Position numbers and translations under genes: made by a program. Shown piece by piece: positions 31,123 to 43,043 of a stretch of DNA of 64,000 nt. Source of the DNA: Salisapilia sapeloensis CBS 127946 (Eukaryota; Protista; Oomycota); the NCBI GenBank assembly GCA_023334545.1, contig JAADVB010000007.1, positions 62,001 to 126,000 of the forward strand, in the 5' to 3' direction. The notes below the pieces were generated by a model. The model searched no databases, was not told where the DNA came from, and saw only the letters and a list, made by a program, of their open reading frames with translations. Numbering within the stretch: the first letter of the stretch is position 1; each line of letters begins with the position of its first letter.

Positions 31123-32310
31123 ATGTTGCGCAAGAAGATGCTAGAAACGCGTGAGCGAGCTATATCGGCTCAAAAGTTGAAGACGATTACGACGAACCAT
31201 GAAATGCTTCCGCCAGGAGAGTATGGCGTACGCTACGTGCTATTCTCACTTAGCAAGGCGCTCCAAAAGCCTGTGAAGAAGAAGGATGATGAGTCCAAGG
31301 GTTTCTTCGATCCGTTTGCGGAGGAGAACCTTGACAAAGACCTCTTCATCGACCGTCTGCATGGCACACACAACCTCGTTTTGAATAAATTTAATATCGT
31401 CGAGGAACACGTACGTCCATATATCATTGCTATATCCTCTCTCAGCCAACGACAGTGACGCTAATGTACTTTGAAATGTAGTTGGTCTTGCCTACGATTG
31501 ATTTCGAAGAGCAGGAGAGTGGGCTCTCTCGTAATGATTTTCGAGCTGTGTGGACTGCCATGCAAGGTCTGGATGCCTTTGGATTTTTCAACTGCGGTTA
31601 CGAAAGCGGTGCAAGGTACATCTTTATTTTTCATGTGTAATCGGAATCCTCCTAATCAAAAGATCTCTAGCCAACCTCGAAAGCATTTGCAATTGATGAC
31701 CTACCCATGCTTCCAAAACTATTGTGAGACGAACATGCCCCCTCTCCTCCAGTTTATCCATGACCTGCTTCAGGACAAACCAAAGGATGAGATTGTCCAT
31801 ATCCAAGAGCTTCCTTTCCACCACTTTATCCATCGAATTGACGTCCAAGATCCAAATGACAGCGAAGTTGCCGCAGGTATTCTTCCTCCTTGTCTTGTTC
31901 ATCTGCAATGTCCTAATGTATATGCACTAGACCACATCAATGCGTTGTATCAAAAGATTCGATCCGCAATGTACTCCACGTCGTACCCTGCCCCAGCAAC
32001 GAAGGTGACGCAGGCGGCGGGAATTGAAGATGGTGGAGGCCAAGGAGAGGCGCCATCGACCGAACCTGACTTTGTGTCCTTCAACTTACTTATCACGACA
32101 TCGTTTGTGTTTGTCATTCCGAGGAGAGTCCAGTCTCACTTGGGCATTGAGGTGAACTCTATTGGCTTCATTGGATCCTACTTCGTCCGGTCGGAGGAGC
32201 AGCGGGCGTTCATCGACGAACATGGGCCGATGGAACTTCTTCGTAAGGTTGCATTCCCACCACTTGCACTTAGTAAGTCAGAATTGGACCTGCTGAATAA
32301 ATCGCAGTAA
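31123..32310 (+). CDS. ATP adenylyltransferase / Ap4A phosphorylase (APA1/2-like), 3 exons
   Basis: DPFAEENLDKDLF, LVLNKFNIVEEH/LVL, FFNCGYESGAS/QPRKHLQ, SFNLLIT..FVFVIPR, VNSIGFIG. Confidence 0.85.
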
Positions 32311-33124
32311 AAACTTTATTTCGTTGCGAGCTACGCTTTCTATACACATTAAGTCGAGCACTTGAATAAATATCTAGTATGTGCTACCATCTTTTTCAGT
32401 TTCGGTATAGCCGTAGTGAATTGTTCGTGCTCCCTTAGTCAGACTGGTTTTGGTTAAGGACGAAATGATAAAGTGCAAAGTTCGCACTACTTGCAAAAAG
32501 GTACTGGTAACTTGGATCTAGATTACCATTTCTTCTATTCAACTTTACGATCTTTACCAGCTTTAGTGACCATTAAGAGATGGCAATGATTTAGATGCAC
32601 GTAAGCTTTGTGGTGCAACCTATAATTCCTGTATATGCACGGTATTGATACCAAGTGTTGCCATCGAGATCAAACGCATCAATTTCTACGTACATGACAC
32701 TCGATACAAAGTGTAAGTGTGCTGTCATGTTTGGATTTAGACCACAAAGTGCGTGCGTTTTCTGGACAACACAAATCTATAGATTTTCTTTTATCGCTGT
32801 CTTCCGCCAGCTAAATAAGCTTTAAATCCAGTTTGTATGCTTATCAAATTAGAGTTTACTAGTTGCGGAAGGTCAGCAATCTATTTTGGCACCAAGTGGA
32901 TCCTTTTAAATTTATACTTGAACGGCCATTGGCTTTCTATTCTTGTCTGGTCTGAGGACGTAGAGCATCTAGTACTATGTAAACAATTTCATCCTCCCAC
33001 ATTCTTCAATTAGCCTCGCAAAGCACACGAAGAGGCGTGAACTGCATCACCCTTGCTTATTCATACTGCGTGTGCCTTCAGTCACGCATACCAACGATCT
33101 CCTGTACACATCCGATTCGAAGTC

Positions 33125-33646
33125 ATGGACCGTGGACGAAAAGCTATCCCAACTCTAAACAAGCACACGGATAACCGATATTACCAAAAGTGTCAAGAAA
33201 TTCATCGCAACAAGTTGCATTCGATCAAGAGTTCGATCGACAATAGCGAGCCCCATCGACCGTCTCATTTCAAGCGGAACATGAAAAAGGAGCAGATGAA
33301 GGAAGAAACGTATGCCAGAATTGAGCGTGAGAACCGCATTTTGTTGGAAAAAATGTCTAGCATCATGCAAACAGAGTCATTGGATAACAAGAACCAGTCC
33401 ATGAGTTATGGACACAGTCTTAACAAAGAAAAACGAAAGCGTGAATTACAGAAAATCACGGCGGAAAACCAAGCAATTCTACGTCGTATTCAGATGAGTG
33501 AGCCAACATACGATCACCTGCAATGGTTGGAAGATGCAAAGAAAAATGAACGCTATGCTGCTAACATTCGAGAGTATCCGAATGGTGACTCTCAACAGAC
33601 ATCTGGTGACTTCCAACTCTCAGGAGATGACGAGTACTACCAGTAG
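33125..33646 (+). CDS. CFAP97-domain (Hemingway family) flagellar protein
   Basis: YQKCQEIHRNKLHSIKSSIDNSEP..HFKRNMKKEQMKEETYARIERENRILLEKM..SLNKEKRKRELQKITAENQAILRRIQ. Confidence 0.85.
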   Translation: MDRGRKAIPTLNKHTDNRYYQKCQEIHRNKLHSIKSSIDNSEPHRPSHFKRNMKKEQMKEETYARIERENRILLEKMSSIMQTESLDNKNQSMSYGHSLNKEKRKRELQKITAENQAILRRIQMSEPTYDHLQWLEDAKKNERYAANIREYPNGDSQQTSGDFQLSGDDEYYQ

Positions 33647-33735
33647 CCTGGCAGACGACAGCAATCTGATGTATCTCTTTAATCGAAATATATGAACCAT
33701 TGGAAATGTAAATGTCTGTTTTGATTTGTATAGTA

Positions 33736-36564
33736 TTAGATGCGAGCTGTATTTGGTGATCCCAGTCTTCTTTGGGAAAGCTTCATCCTCACAACCACGT
33801 CCGGTGTAAATCGGCTTGTGATGGCTTTGGACCTATCCCCATGAAGAGTAGAAGTGAGCTTTGGATTATTTTTATTAGCCCATCTCGATTCCCCAGTGCT
33901 TTCGTTAGTTAGGAATGCTGACCCATCCGAACTACGCTTTAGTTTCCATACATCCGATAAAGTATTCTCTTGCGTCAGATTCGAGTGGCTCTGACGCTTC
34001 ATTTTCTGGTCCATGTTGGCCCATCCTTGATGATACGCAAAGCCAATGTCAGTGTGTCTGCGTTGTTGTTGGTATAATTGCTGCGTCAAACCACTAGCAT
34101 AAGACTTTGAAAAGGATGATGCGGATATATCGCTGCGACTGCTGTCGGACCCATTCGAGTAGTACGATTGACCTGTAGCGACTCGATCGTAATTCAGATA
34201 CGCTCGTTTTTGTTTTTCAGCAACTCGATGCCTGATCGTATCCCGAGCAGATAGTGGTGTTAAATGACTAGATGTTCTGTTAGCAACAGACTTTGTCAAT
34301 TTTCCAAACGGTAGATGCTGTTCAAACGGTATCTGCGTGACCCATGTATCGTTGTACATACTAGCTTGACTCTTTGTCATGTCTGGAACCCATAGCATGT
34401 TTGAGTCGGGAAGAAAGTAGCTTGCGATTAAGTCAGCACAGCCTTGGTAACCTCGCCTTATTGCTATTTCATGTGCTGTGTCATCGTATGTATTCAATAT
34501 ATTCACGTCGGCTGCACTTTGCAAGAGCAGCTGAACTAGCTTGATATTGCCCGTATTCGCGGCATGGTGTAGTGCGGTGTTTCCTTCTTTATCGCATGCA
34601 TTGACGATGGCATCCCCATCAATGTCCAAAAGATATGTTACACAGTCATAATGCTCGTGCATTGTTGCAAGGTGGAGTGGTGTCTGTACAGCATTTTGTA
34701 CAACAAAGAGGTTTGCGCCATGAAGCAAAAGTACTTCTAAGCACTTCCGATCTCCATTTCGAGCAGCAACGTGAATTGGGGCTTCGTTTTGGCTGTCAAC
34801 GTGATTCACAATCATAGAGTCCATTCGACTTTTTGCAGCTACCATTAGGATTGCCTCAACACAGCTAGAGTGACCAAATGCCACAGCCAACTGTAGAGCA
34901 GACTGACCGTACTCTGGATGAGGATCATTCTTTGCGTGCCACGCAAGACAAAGCTCAACTAATTCTAGCCAGCCTATTCTACATGCACGTAAGAGCAAAG
35001 TATCTCCATTCCTATCATCGAGTCTAAAATCGATTGCAAGTCCATTTTCCAACGACATGTGGATAGCAGATAGATTTCGGTCCTGAAATTGATAAAGCAA
35101 GTACTCTCGCCAGGACAAAATCGTTGTATCATTTGTCCACGCTTCATCCTGTTGGTTTGTATCGCGACTGCTACGAGGTGACAGAGCTGACTCTCGGTAA
35201 CTAGTTAGACGACGGGATAAGTCATCAATGGAGCCTTCTTTTGAGGCTATCGTGCTAGTCATAGGCAAGGTTGAAGCATGGCTAATGCATGAATAAAGGG
35301 CAAGAACCCAAACGCGTGCGACTTCTTTACTAGCAGCTACCAAATCGAGTGTTCGATCAGTTGTTACGATCGAAAAGCATTTAGCTGACTCGTGGACAAT
35401 TTCTGCACCATGTGAGCTCTCCAATTGTGATAGAAATGACTTCGATGAATGACCTTCTCGTACATCCACGATATCAGCCAACTGTAGTGAATGACGATAA
35501 GCATGATTCTTTGTAGGTGAAGCTTGTTCAGGATCAGTCCAAGCAATGTAGGGAAGACATTGATTATTATGCGACTTGCTTTTAAAATGACTTATACGAA
35601 CCCATTTCCGCCTTGGTATCGCATTCTTCGTGCGAGTATGCTGGTAATATGGGAGTTTGTAAAATAGATCGCCTTGCAAAAGTACCTTTGGAATCATAAC
35701 ATCTTGCAATACTTTTGATCTGTCATTTAATTTCTCTGTAACCTTTTTACCGAAAAGTTTGGATGTGATTGTAGCACTGCGTTGGGGCATTTGTATCGCA
35801 GGTTCTGGTTCTTGAATATCTGGTAGTGCTTCTTGAAATTGCGGACTTGACTCGGCCGGAATTGGTAACATAAGACTAGTATTTTCAACAGGTATCTCCA
35901 TTTGCACTTCTTGCTCGGTCTTCATACCATTATACGTTTCTTCCTCAAGTTTCTGTTCGTCTTGCAAAGAGTTCGTAGTTTTGTTTCGACCAGCTGTAGA
36001 ACCCGACATGCCTGTTATCTTCTTTCTATCAACTTCTTCGGCGTTGCCGTCAGCTTGAAAATCTCCACTCCAAGCTACTACAGGGATGTGTGTTTCCTCT
36101 TCGTCCATCAGCTTATCCGGCTTTTGCTTTCCGTCGATATCTACGTGATCGCTATGCTCTAATGCTAATACTGGATCAAGACGACTTTCATTGAGTTCAT
36201 AAGATTCATCCTTTAACTTCGCATTCGCTTCTTGAGCAAGTGTTTCGTCGGGAGGACTATCTTCACTCACAATTTCAGATATGGATGACTCTATCTCGCT
36301 ACCGTATTTGCTTGTTTCTGCAATGAAGTACTTTGGGGGCGGGCTTTGAGGCACTGCTTTTTTAAGCAACTTCATGAATCCTTTCGGTGATGACGATCTA
36401 TATGTCGATTTCTTCACGATTTCAAATGTCGTCATGCCATGGTCAGCACTTGGTGTATATGTAAACATCGGCTTCGTGGTTGATGAGTCGGAGTCCCCTC
36501 TTTCATGATGATGTTTTGTGCTAGCCTGCGACTTTACATCATGCTGTGAGTCATCTCTACCCAT
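33736..36564 (-). CDS. PLC-type PH domain + ankyrin repeats + C-terminal WW-like domain protein
   Basis: PH (SLQLADIVDVREGHSS..CFSIVTTDRTLDLVA..WVLAL); ankyrin repeats (GDTLLLRAC, GQSALQLAV, EAPIHVAA, QTPLHLA, GNTALHHAA); WW-like WKLKRSSDGSAFLTNESTGESRW. Confidence 0.85.
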   Translation of the reverse strand: MGRDDSQHDVKSQASTKHHHERGDSDSSTTKPMFTYTPSADHGMTTFEIVKKSTYRSSSPKGFMKLLKKAVPQSPPPKYFIAETSKYGSEIESSISEIVSEDSPPDETLAQEANAKLKDESYELNESRLDPVLALEHSDHVDIDGKQKPDKLMDEEETHIPVVAWSGDFQADGNAEEVDRKKITGMSGSTAGRNKTTNSLQDEQKLEEETYNGMKTEQEVQMEIPVENTSLMLPIPAESSPQFQEALPDIQEPEPAIQMPQRSATITSKLFGKKVTEKLNDRSKVLQDVMIPKVLLQGDLFYKLPYYQHTRTKNAIPRRKWVRISHFKSKSHNNQCLPYIAWTDPEQASPTKNHAYRHSLQLADIVDVREGHSSKSFLSQLESSHGAEIVHESAKCFSIVTTDRTLDLVAASKEVARVWVLALYSCISHASTLPMTSTIASKEGSIDDLSRRLTSYRESALSPRSSRDTNQQDEAWTNDTTILSWREYLLYQFQDRNLSAIHMSLENGLAIDFRLDDRNGDTLLLRACRIGWLELVELCLAWHAKNDPHPEYGQSALQLAVAFGHSSCVEAILMVAAKSRMDSMIVNHVDSQNEAPIHVAARNGDRKCLEVLLLHGANLFVVQNAVQTPLHLATMHEHYDCVTYLLDIDGDAIVNACDKEGNTALHHAANTGNIKLVQLLLQSAADVNILNTYDDTAHEIAIRRGYQGCADLIASYFLPDSNMLWVPDMTKSQASMYNDTWVTQIPFEQHLPFGKLTKSVANRTSSHLTPLSARDTIRHRVAEKQKRAYLNYDRVATGQSYYSNGSDSSRSDISASSFSKSYASGLTQQLYQQQRRHTDIGFAYHQGWANMDQKMKRQSHSNLTQENTLSDVWKLKRSSDGSAFLTNESTGESRWANKNNPKLTSTLHGDRSKAITSRFTPDVVVRMKLSQRRLGSPNTARI

Positions 36565-37096
36565 ATCTGCAGATTGAACGTCATCTAGTAAAGAATGTAG
36601 ATGGTTTTAGCGACACCGTGAAGAGAGAGAGAGAAAATGGTCGTTGAGAGGAGGATTGATATTAAAAATGCACGAAACTCACCGGTAGTGGGAGTTGTCT
36701 TCTTTTCGCTGACGGCATCCAAGTCATCACCAACAAAGTCAAAGCCATGAATTCCTCTTCTAGGCATTCTTCTCTTTGGAAATGGTTCAGAGATTATAGA
36801 TTTTCTAGTGCTATTAATATCCGATGTAGACGAATGGAAAGTAAGACAACGGTTTAATATGTTTGTTACTTCATCTTCGCTCTACAGGAATTGTTATCCT
36901 ATTTGACATAAGTGTTACAGACATGTATCGAGTCTGCCATGCATACGAGTGCGTTACCACTGGATTGCATCGCTTGCTTGTGCGTGTTCATGAAGTATCT
37001 ATGCAGCTTCAGGATCATGTTGAAGTATAGTTGAAGTAAAATGGCTACATATCTTCCTCTCATTTTGTCATTTTACGCACTAAGCACGATAGGAAA

Positions 37097-37868
37097 ATGG
37101 TGGCATGGTGTCAACGCCGCTCCGATTGCGAGGTTCTCGAGGCCAAGTTTGCGGACACAGAGGAGGATCGACAAATATGGAACGACTGCCAATCTCGGAT
37201 ATACGGATATGCATCTTTTGTCACACCAACATCGAATGAGGAGTGTGTCGTATCAATAGATAGGATGAAAAAGCGATGCTTTACGCCTGCTGAAGCCTTT
37301 TACGCCATCACAGTGGATACATGTCTACCTATGCTACCACAAGCATCTACAGCGTCAGAGCTGTGGAAGTCATTCTCAACGTAAGCTACTCTTGCTTCAA
37401 AACCATTATTTTCGTCCGATCTAAACCTGACGGCTTTTCGTCTATAGTGCCTTGCCATCCTTCCAGCGCGAATTCGCCGTGGAGTATCATTTCCGACAGC
37501 AAGGCTGGTTGCTTTCCTCTGGCTTGCACTACGGTGCACATTTCGTGCTCTACCGAGGCGCGATCGACACCTTTCACTCGGAATACATCGTCCTCCTTCA
37601 AGACAAAAGCAGTGGCTGGCACGACGTGCAAAGTTTATCCCGAATCGCAGCCGACGTTAAAAAGACGTTGCTACTGCTAGACGTCCAAATCACACCCAGT
37701 CGCACCAGCGCATCCACTACCTTGACCTCAGGATCGTACAATCTGCATACCTCCTATTTTGACATTTCAGGCATTCTACTTCGCTCCGACGACGCCAACG
37801 AAATGTCCTCAATCGACTTCCGACCTCAGCCAGTCCTTCCGAAACGTAAAAAGAAACAACAAACATGA
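37097..37868 (+). CDS. SEN2: tRNA-splicing endonuclease catalytic subunit, Sen2-like, 2 exons
   Basis: FRQQGWLLSSGLHYGAHFVLYRGAIDTFHSEYIV..LSRIAADVKKTLLL carries the Tyr/His/Lys triad pattern. GT-AG intron 37381-37447 joins the two ORFs. Confidence 0.7.
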
Positions 37869-38130
37869 GTATTCTCTTCCAGACATTGTATTTCGGCCGT
37901 ATCGTCTCTACTCTATCCCTCCGAAAGCCAGGAAGACCCAAACAAGAAAATATAAACGTTTTCAGCGAAAATCAAGAAAAAAAGCAAGCTTCGTTAGCCC
38001 GACCTCGACCAGACCAGGAGTTTACATATAGCACTTTCTGCCAACTAATGCAGAAATGCGAGCGCCCCAGGTCGTACGAGATGAGACCACTTTGCTCCAA
38101 TCTCTTTCCCTCTCTCGGCAACTGATACGC

Positions 38131-39072
38131 TTAACCAGTGATGACCTTCTTGAACTCGTCGTAGATGACGAGCACAAGAGCTCCACCAGTACCACGGATG
38201 ATGTTCGAGGCAGCACCCTTGAAGAAGGCGGTCGGGCCTTCGTTCTTGAGGATCTTGGCGAAGCAGTCCATGGTGGACGTGTACAGAATGTCCTTGCGGC
38301 CGGCCTGCATCATCATACGACGACGGACGGTATCGAACGGGTACGAGATCACACCAGAAGCAGAGGACACACACTGGGCAACGAGCCACTTCTTCCAGAC
38401 GGCAGCGTTCTTCGGGTCGGCAAGAGCAACCTGGGAGAACGTATCGTAACCACCGAAGAAGGCAGCACGGTAGACAATGATACCACCAACGGAGACACCG
38501 AATCCACGGTACAGACCCTTAAGGCCATCATCCTTGTAGATGGTGGAAATGCAGTGCATCAGACCGTTGTACAGACGGGATTTGCCCTTGCCAACATCAG
38601 CGCCAAGACGCGTACGGGCAAAGTCAAGCGGGTAGACGAAGAGGAGCGAGGTGGCGCCGGCAGCTCCGCCAGAGGCGAGGTTACCGATGAAGAAGCGCCA
38701 GAACTGGTCCTTCTTGACACCACCAAGGAAGAGCTGCTTGTACTTGTCCTTGAAGGCAAAGTTGAGGGCCTGGGTCGGGAAGTAACGGATGACATTAGCC
38801 ATGTTACCACGCCAGAAGGACTTGACGCCCTGCTCCTTGGAGACACGGCTGATGCAGTCCATGATACCCTTGTACTGGTCCTCCGGCTTGATCTGCGTGG
38901 AAGCAGCCTGCACCTGGAGGAGCAGCTTGACACGTTCAATGGGGGCGACGACGGTCTTGGAGATACCGCCGGCGACACCACCGGCCGCGAGGTCCATAAG
39001 GAAGGAGGCGACAGGGCTGCGCTCCTTCTTTTCGGCAAGAGCCAAAGGCTTGTAGCTGGAGACGACCGACAT
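38131..39072 (-). CDS. AAC: Mitochondrial ADP/ATP carrier
   Basis: [63 protein letters not shown] signature. ATG 39072. Confidence 0.97.
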   Translation of the reverse strand: MSVVSSYKPLALAEKKERSPVASFLMDLAAGGVAGGISKTVVAPIERVKLLLQVQAASTQIKPEDQYKGIMDCISRVSKEQGVKSFWRGNMANVIRYFPTQALNFAFKDKYKQLFLGGVKKDQFWRFFIGNLASGGAAGATSLLFVYPLDFARTRLGADVGKGKSRLYNGLMHCISTIYKDDGLKGLYRGFGVSVGGIIVYRAAFFGGYDTFSQVALADPKNAAVWKKWLVAQCVSSASGVISYPFDTVRRRMMMQAGRKDILYTSTMDCFAKILKNEGPTAFFKGAASNIIRGTGGALVLVIYDEFKKVITG

Positions 39073-39120
39073 GATTTGTGCTGAAGTGTTCAGGAAGGGA
39101 GGGAGACAAGAGTCCTTTGG

Positions 39121-39138
39121 CGCAAATCCACGAATGGC
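39121..39138 (-). promoter_or_regulatory. INR+FPR core promoter of the ADP/ATP carrier, with CCAAT-like boxes further upstream
   Basis: Minus strand reads GCCATTCgtggATTTGCG about 50-65 nt before the ATG. CCAAT/ATTGG motifs near 39193 and 39232. Confidence 0.6.
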
Positions 39139-39981
39139 GTAGACGGCTCGGCTCGCGACGAGTCTGTGGTTCAGATCCAGTGAGCAATTGTAACCAATCG
39201 GAAGATGTTGCGAGAGGTGAAGAGGATGTGGATTGGTAGAAATCATTTGCATGCTAAATAAGAGGTTCTATTCTAAGCTCTGTTTGCGTGCGTTTCGTCT
39301 CGTTGAAACGGATGGCTTGGATAGATTGGATAGACGAGAAAAGAGCGATATGTGGAGTGAATAGATCGCGAGCGGAAGATCAGAGTGCTTTGTGAACGGC
39401 GTGTGGGAACACGTGGCCATTGACCTTCACGTTTGAGAGGTAACGGCCGACGACATGAATCAGAAACTTGGGACAGATTGAGTTAAAAGAGGGTATGACC
39501 CGAAAGAGGTCCACGGCCTTTTGAAGCGCTTTCGAACTGCGTTTCATGCGGTAGAGTCTTTCGTGTCAATAACTCATCTCGTTGTAGTCAAGATCGAAAT
39601 GAACATGTTGGCAGAATTGATAAAAGGTTGTAAAAACAAATATGCACCGGTCTTGTTTGACACAGATGTCAGTCGTCGTATAGATATGCAGTAGCTCGAT
39701 CTGCGCCAAGTGCACACGGACCAGTGTTTTACATCGATCTTGGCATCTAACTCCTGGCAACGTAATACAGCACTAGTACATGAGAGCATTGTCAAGCACA
39801 AATTGCAGTCGAAACATACACTTTGCACAATAATCGTCAGCTTCATTCGGACTGTCCATCGCTTTCAGTCATGCCTTTCAGATCTATTTTCGAATCGATT
39901 TGTGTACCGTCCATGTACCCCTTACACACGATCGATCCCGACAACGAGCTCGGACACAAAGCGTGAAAATTGGTTCGAACG

Positions 39982-40558
39982 ATGCTCCACTCCCTGTATA
40001 TCACGAATAAAGCTGGTGGTCTGATCTACCACCAAGATCTGAGTTCTGCTGCACCCAAATTATCCTCCAATGATCATCTCCGACTTGGATCTACCTTCCA
40101 CAGCATGCATGCGATCGCTGCCCTCGTACCTTTTGAAATCCTCGATCAAATCTTACGTATCACAAAGTTTACGTTGCTTTATTGTGTATGATAGGCTGCC
40201 CCAGTAGCATCAGGAGGTATTCAGAGCCTCGAGACGGATTCTTTTAAACTGAAATGCTTGCAAACACCAACAGGGATCAAATTTTTTGTCACTGCGTCTC
40301 TCTACACGCCAGAGGTCGAAAGCGCATTGCAAACAGTCTATGAACTCTACGTCGACTATGTCCTCAAGGTAATTCATGATATTCATACTCATGTGGTACT
40401 GTAAATCATTATTGCTGCGACGGTAGAATCCATTTTATGAGCTGGAAATGCCGATTCGATGCAGTCAATTTAACTCGAAATTGATGACATTTGTCGAAAG
40501 ATTTAACACAGAAGGACCGAGACCTCGTCCAACTGCAAATCAATATTACTATTACTGA
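39982..40558 (+). CDS. TRAPPC4: TRAPP complex subunit 4 (Trs23/synbindin), 3 exons
   Basis: SLYITNKAGGLIYHQD..SSNDHLRLGSTFHSMHAIA / GIQSLETDSFKLKCLQTPTGIKFF..YELYVDYVLK / NPFYELEMPIRC. Confidence 0.92.
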
Positions 40559-40629
40559 CCAATGTGTGGAGTCAAGGGCATTGCTCAAGTCAATCTTTAC
40601 ATGTCTTCTATCATTAATGCCAAACAAAT

Positions 40630-42644
40630 TTACGAAGCGGTAGTGCTTGATGTTGTAGCTTCATCCTCTTGCGGGTAAAATATGCCACGCTTCCATGTGC
40701 CTTCTAGCGTAGATCCGTCTGGTTGTACCATCTTTCCCAAACCATGCTTTAAATCGCGTTTCCACTGTCCTGTGTAGGTAGAACCATTTGCAAAGATGGC
40801 CGTTCCGCGACCACAGCGCATACCTCCGACCCACTTTCCTTGATACTTTTCTTTCGTCAATTTGTATTCACAAGAACCAAAGCCATTCCTTTTCCCATTT
40901 CTCCAACTTCCAACGTACACACTTCCATCACGTAGCTTCTCTTGGCCTTCTCCATGCCGAAGTCCATCTTTCCATTCACCAGTGTAGACTTCTCCATTTC
41001 GGCTGCAAGTACCTCTCCCATGGGGAAGTCCATGACTTGCCTCTCCTTCGTACTCCCATCCTTGCTCATCGCCCTTGCAATCAAAGTTAGACAAATGTAC
41101 TATTCTTTCCATGTGACCATCTTGAAATGCCGCGGAGAGCGTAGATCCATCCGAGTACGTTAACATTCCTTTTCCAGAACGCAATCCTTTGTCCCACTCC
41201 CCGTCGTACTCGACTTCATATCGACAAGTTACTGTTTCGTGAGAAATTACAGTCCTTGGAGGAGGGTATTTCATTGTGCCTTGGCCACTTCGCTTGTCAT
41301 CTACCCAATCACCAGTGTACATTTCCCCATTAGAATACTTCATACACCCGTGACCATTCCTTTTATCATCTTCCCAACTTCCTTCATACTCATCTCCATT
41401 AGAATAGGTACACTTTCCTTGTCCATGGCGCAGTCCGGTAGATGTCCGAATCTCACCCGTATAGATCCCTCCTTGCTTCATTTGTCGAGAATCCACAAGC
41501 TCTAATGCGTTCGGATCTACGTTTTCATCTCCCAAATCGCTCTTCATAACATTTCTCAAATTAAACTCTAGCACAGATGTGTGACCAATATCGTCTTCAA
41601 TGGCATAGCTAGTGAAGCGATAGATCGATGTTCCATCTGAACTCACTATGTATGTAAAACTGTTTGTGGCACCAGACTCTAGTTCGGGAATCACAAAGCT
41701 GCAAATTGATCCGTCGGCTGGGTTAAGTAGAATAGTCGTTGACACCTTGTTAACGTCGGCGTCTTCTTCTTGCGAATGGCCACCAAAGATCAGCACTTGT
41801 TCAAATTCACTCTGCTCATTTTCTTCATGTACATTTTCGGGAGACAAGCGAACATTTAATGCTGTGAAGCTCACTCGAGCAAGCGATGTGTTAACCTCGT
41901 GTGGAATGGAGACTGGGAGTTCACTCCAAGCGTTCTTCTGTAGATCCAAGATAAAGACCGCATTGTTCAGTAGCTTGGTGTCGGGGTGCATACCGCCCAA
42001 TACCAAGATGGAGGATGTATTGTTCACTGCAATAGCTTGATGTCCAGCTAACGGCAGTGGACAAGTCCCACTTGGCTACACGCGAGATCAGTACGCACAG
42101 TCAAAGGTCAGTCATGAAGCAGATACATATATCCTACCATCAGCTCTGTCCAAACAGCACGAGGCGTTGTATTCGATTCACTACTCGAATCCGTAGCTTC
42201 TTCTTCCGTAGCTTCTTCCAACTCAAGTTTCCATATATCCGTAAGAGCATTATTTGAAGCTCCTTTGCCACCGAGTATTATTATCCCTTTTCGATTTGAA
42301 TCGGTGTCTAACTTCACAGTTGTGGCACTGTGCCAAGCTCGAGCTTGTGGTTGCTTGCCGTCGCTTGACAGAAGCAAAGGATCGCATGACAAGATGCTCT
42401 CGTTTAACGTAACTAAGTAAGTATCCTGACTAGGACCTGAGTTTCCATGGCAATCATCTATGACTTCCCCTCCGAAAAAGACTGCTTTATCACTTAAAGG
42501 TGCGATGCTATGTCCTTGTCGTTGTGGCAATTCACCACATGCGTCATAACCATCTCTCCATTTGTGTGCACTGGTTGAGAATAGACCCAAATTGAGTCGA
42601 GATAAAGTCGGCGATGGTGATGAGACCAATCTAGATAGATTCAC
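40630..42644 (-). CDS. Kelch-repeat + MORN-repeat protein; 5' end unresolved, probably about 42650-42800
   Basis: Kelch (QRQGHS..FFGG, ARAWHS..ILGG..DIW, ILVLGG) followed by more than 10 MORN repeats (YEGSWEDDKRNGHG, YTGDWVDDKRSGQG). Confidence 0.8.
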
Positions 42645-43043
42645 AGTAGTAAGCTTCGGTAGGTATTTGTAGGTACGTTTGTGTAGTTTGCCTACATGTC
42701 ATCTCCCAGTCTAACGGCATATACATTACACCCGCTTCCCTTAGGATACGGTTGGTCATGTGCTCCTCCTCTTGTGAATAGTTTGCGAGGTTTCCATGGT
42801 GGATGCAAGATAGTCTGTCAATTACCACCAACTTCTTAAATATATCATGTATTAAGCATATCTGCAAACGACTTTACCGTAACTTGTGAACTCGATATTG
42901 CTTGCAATTCGTGCATATCCATCCGAACTGTGTGATCAGTCTGAATGCGCTTTTCTCTTGAGAATTACTTCATAAAACGACCAAAGCTTTATTTATATCG
43001 CCCCATATATATTTATACTAGCTTTGCATTTCGTATCAGCACT

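Noticed and set aside
37384-37452. Apparent frameshift or pseudogenisation of the Sen2-like gene
   Set aside because: Explained by a canonical GTAAGC...TATAG intron (37381-37447).
38056-39084. 342-aa antisense ORF over the ADP/ATP carrier
   Set aside because: Same codon-bias shadow effect; no independent protein features.
39566-39870. Possible small spliced gene on the minus strand between AAC and TRAPPC4
   Set aside because: Splice-like signals exist, but I could not build a convincing open frame or recognise a family.
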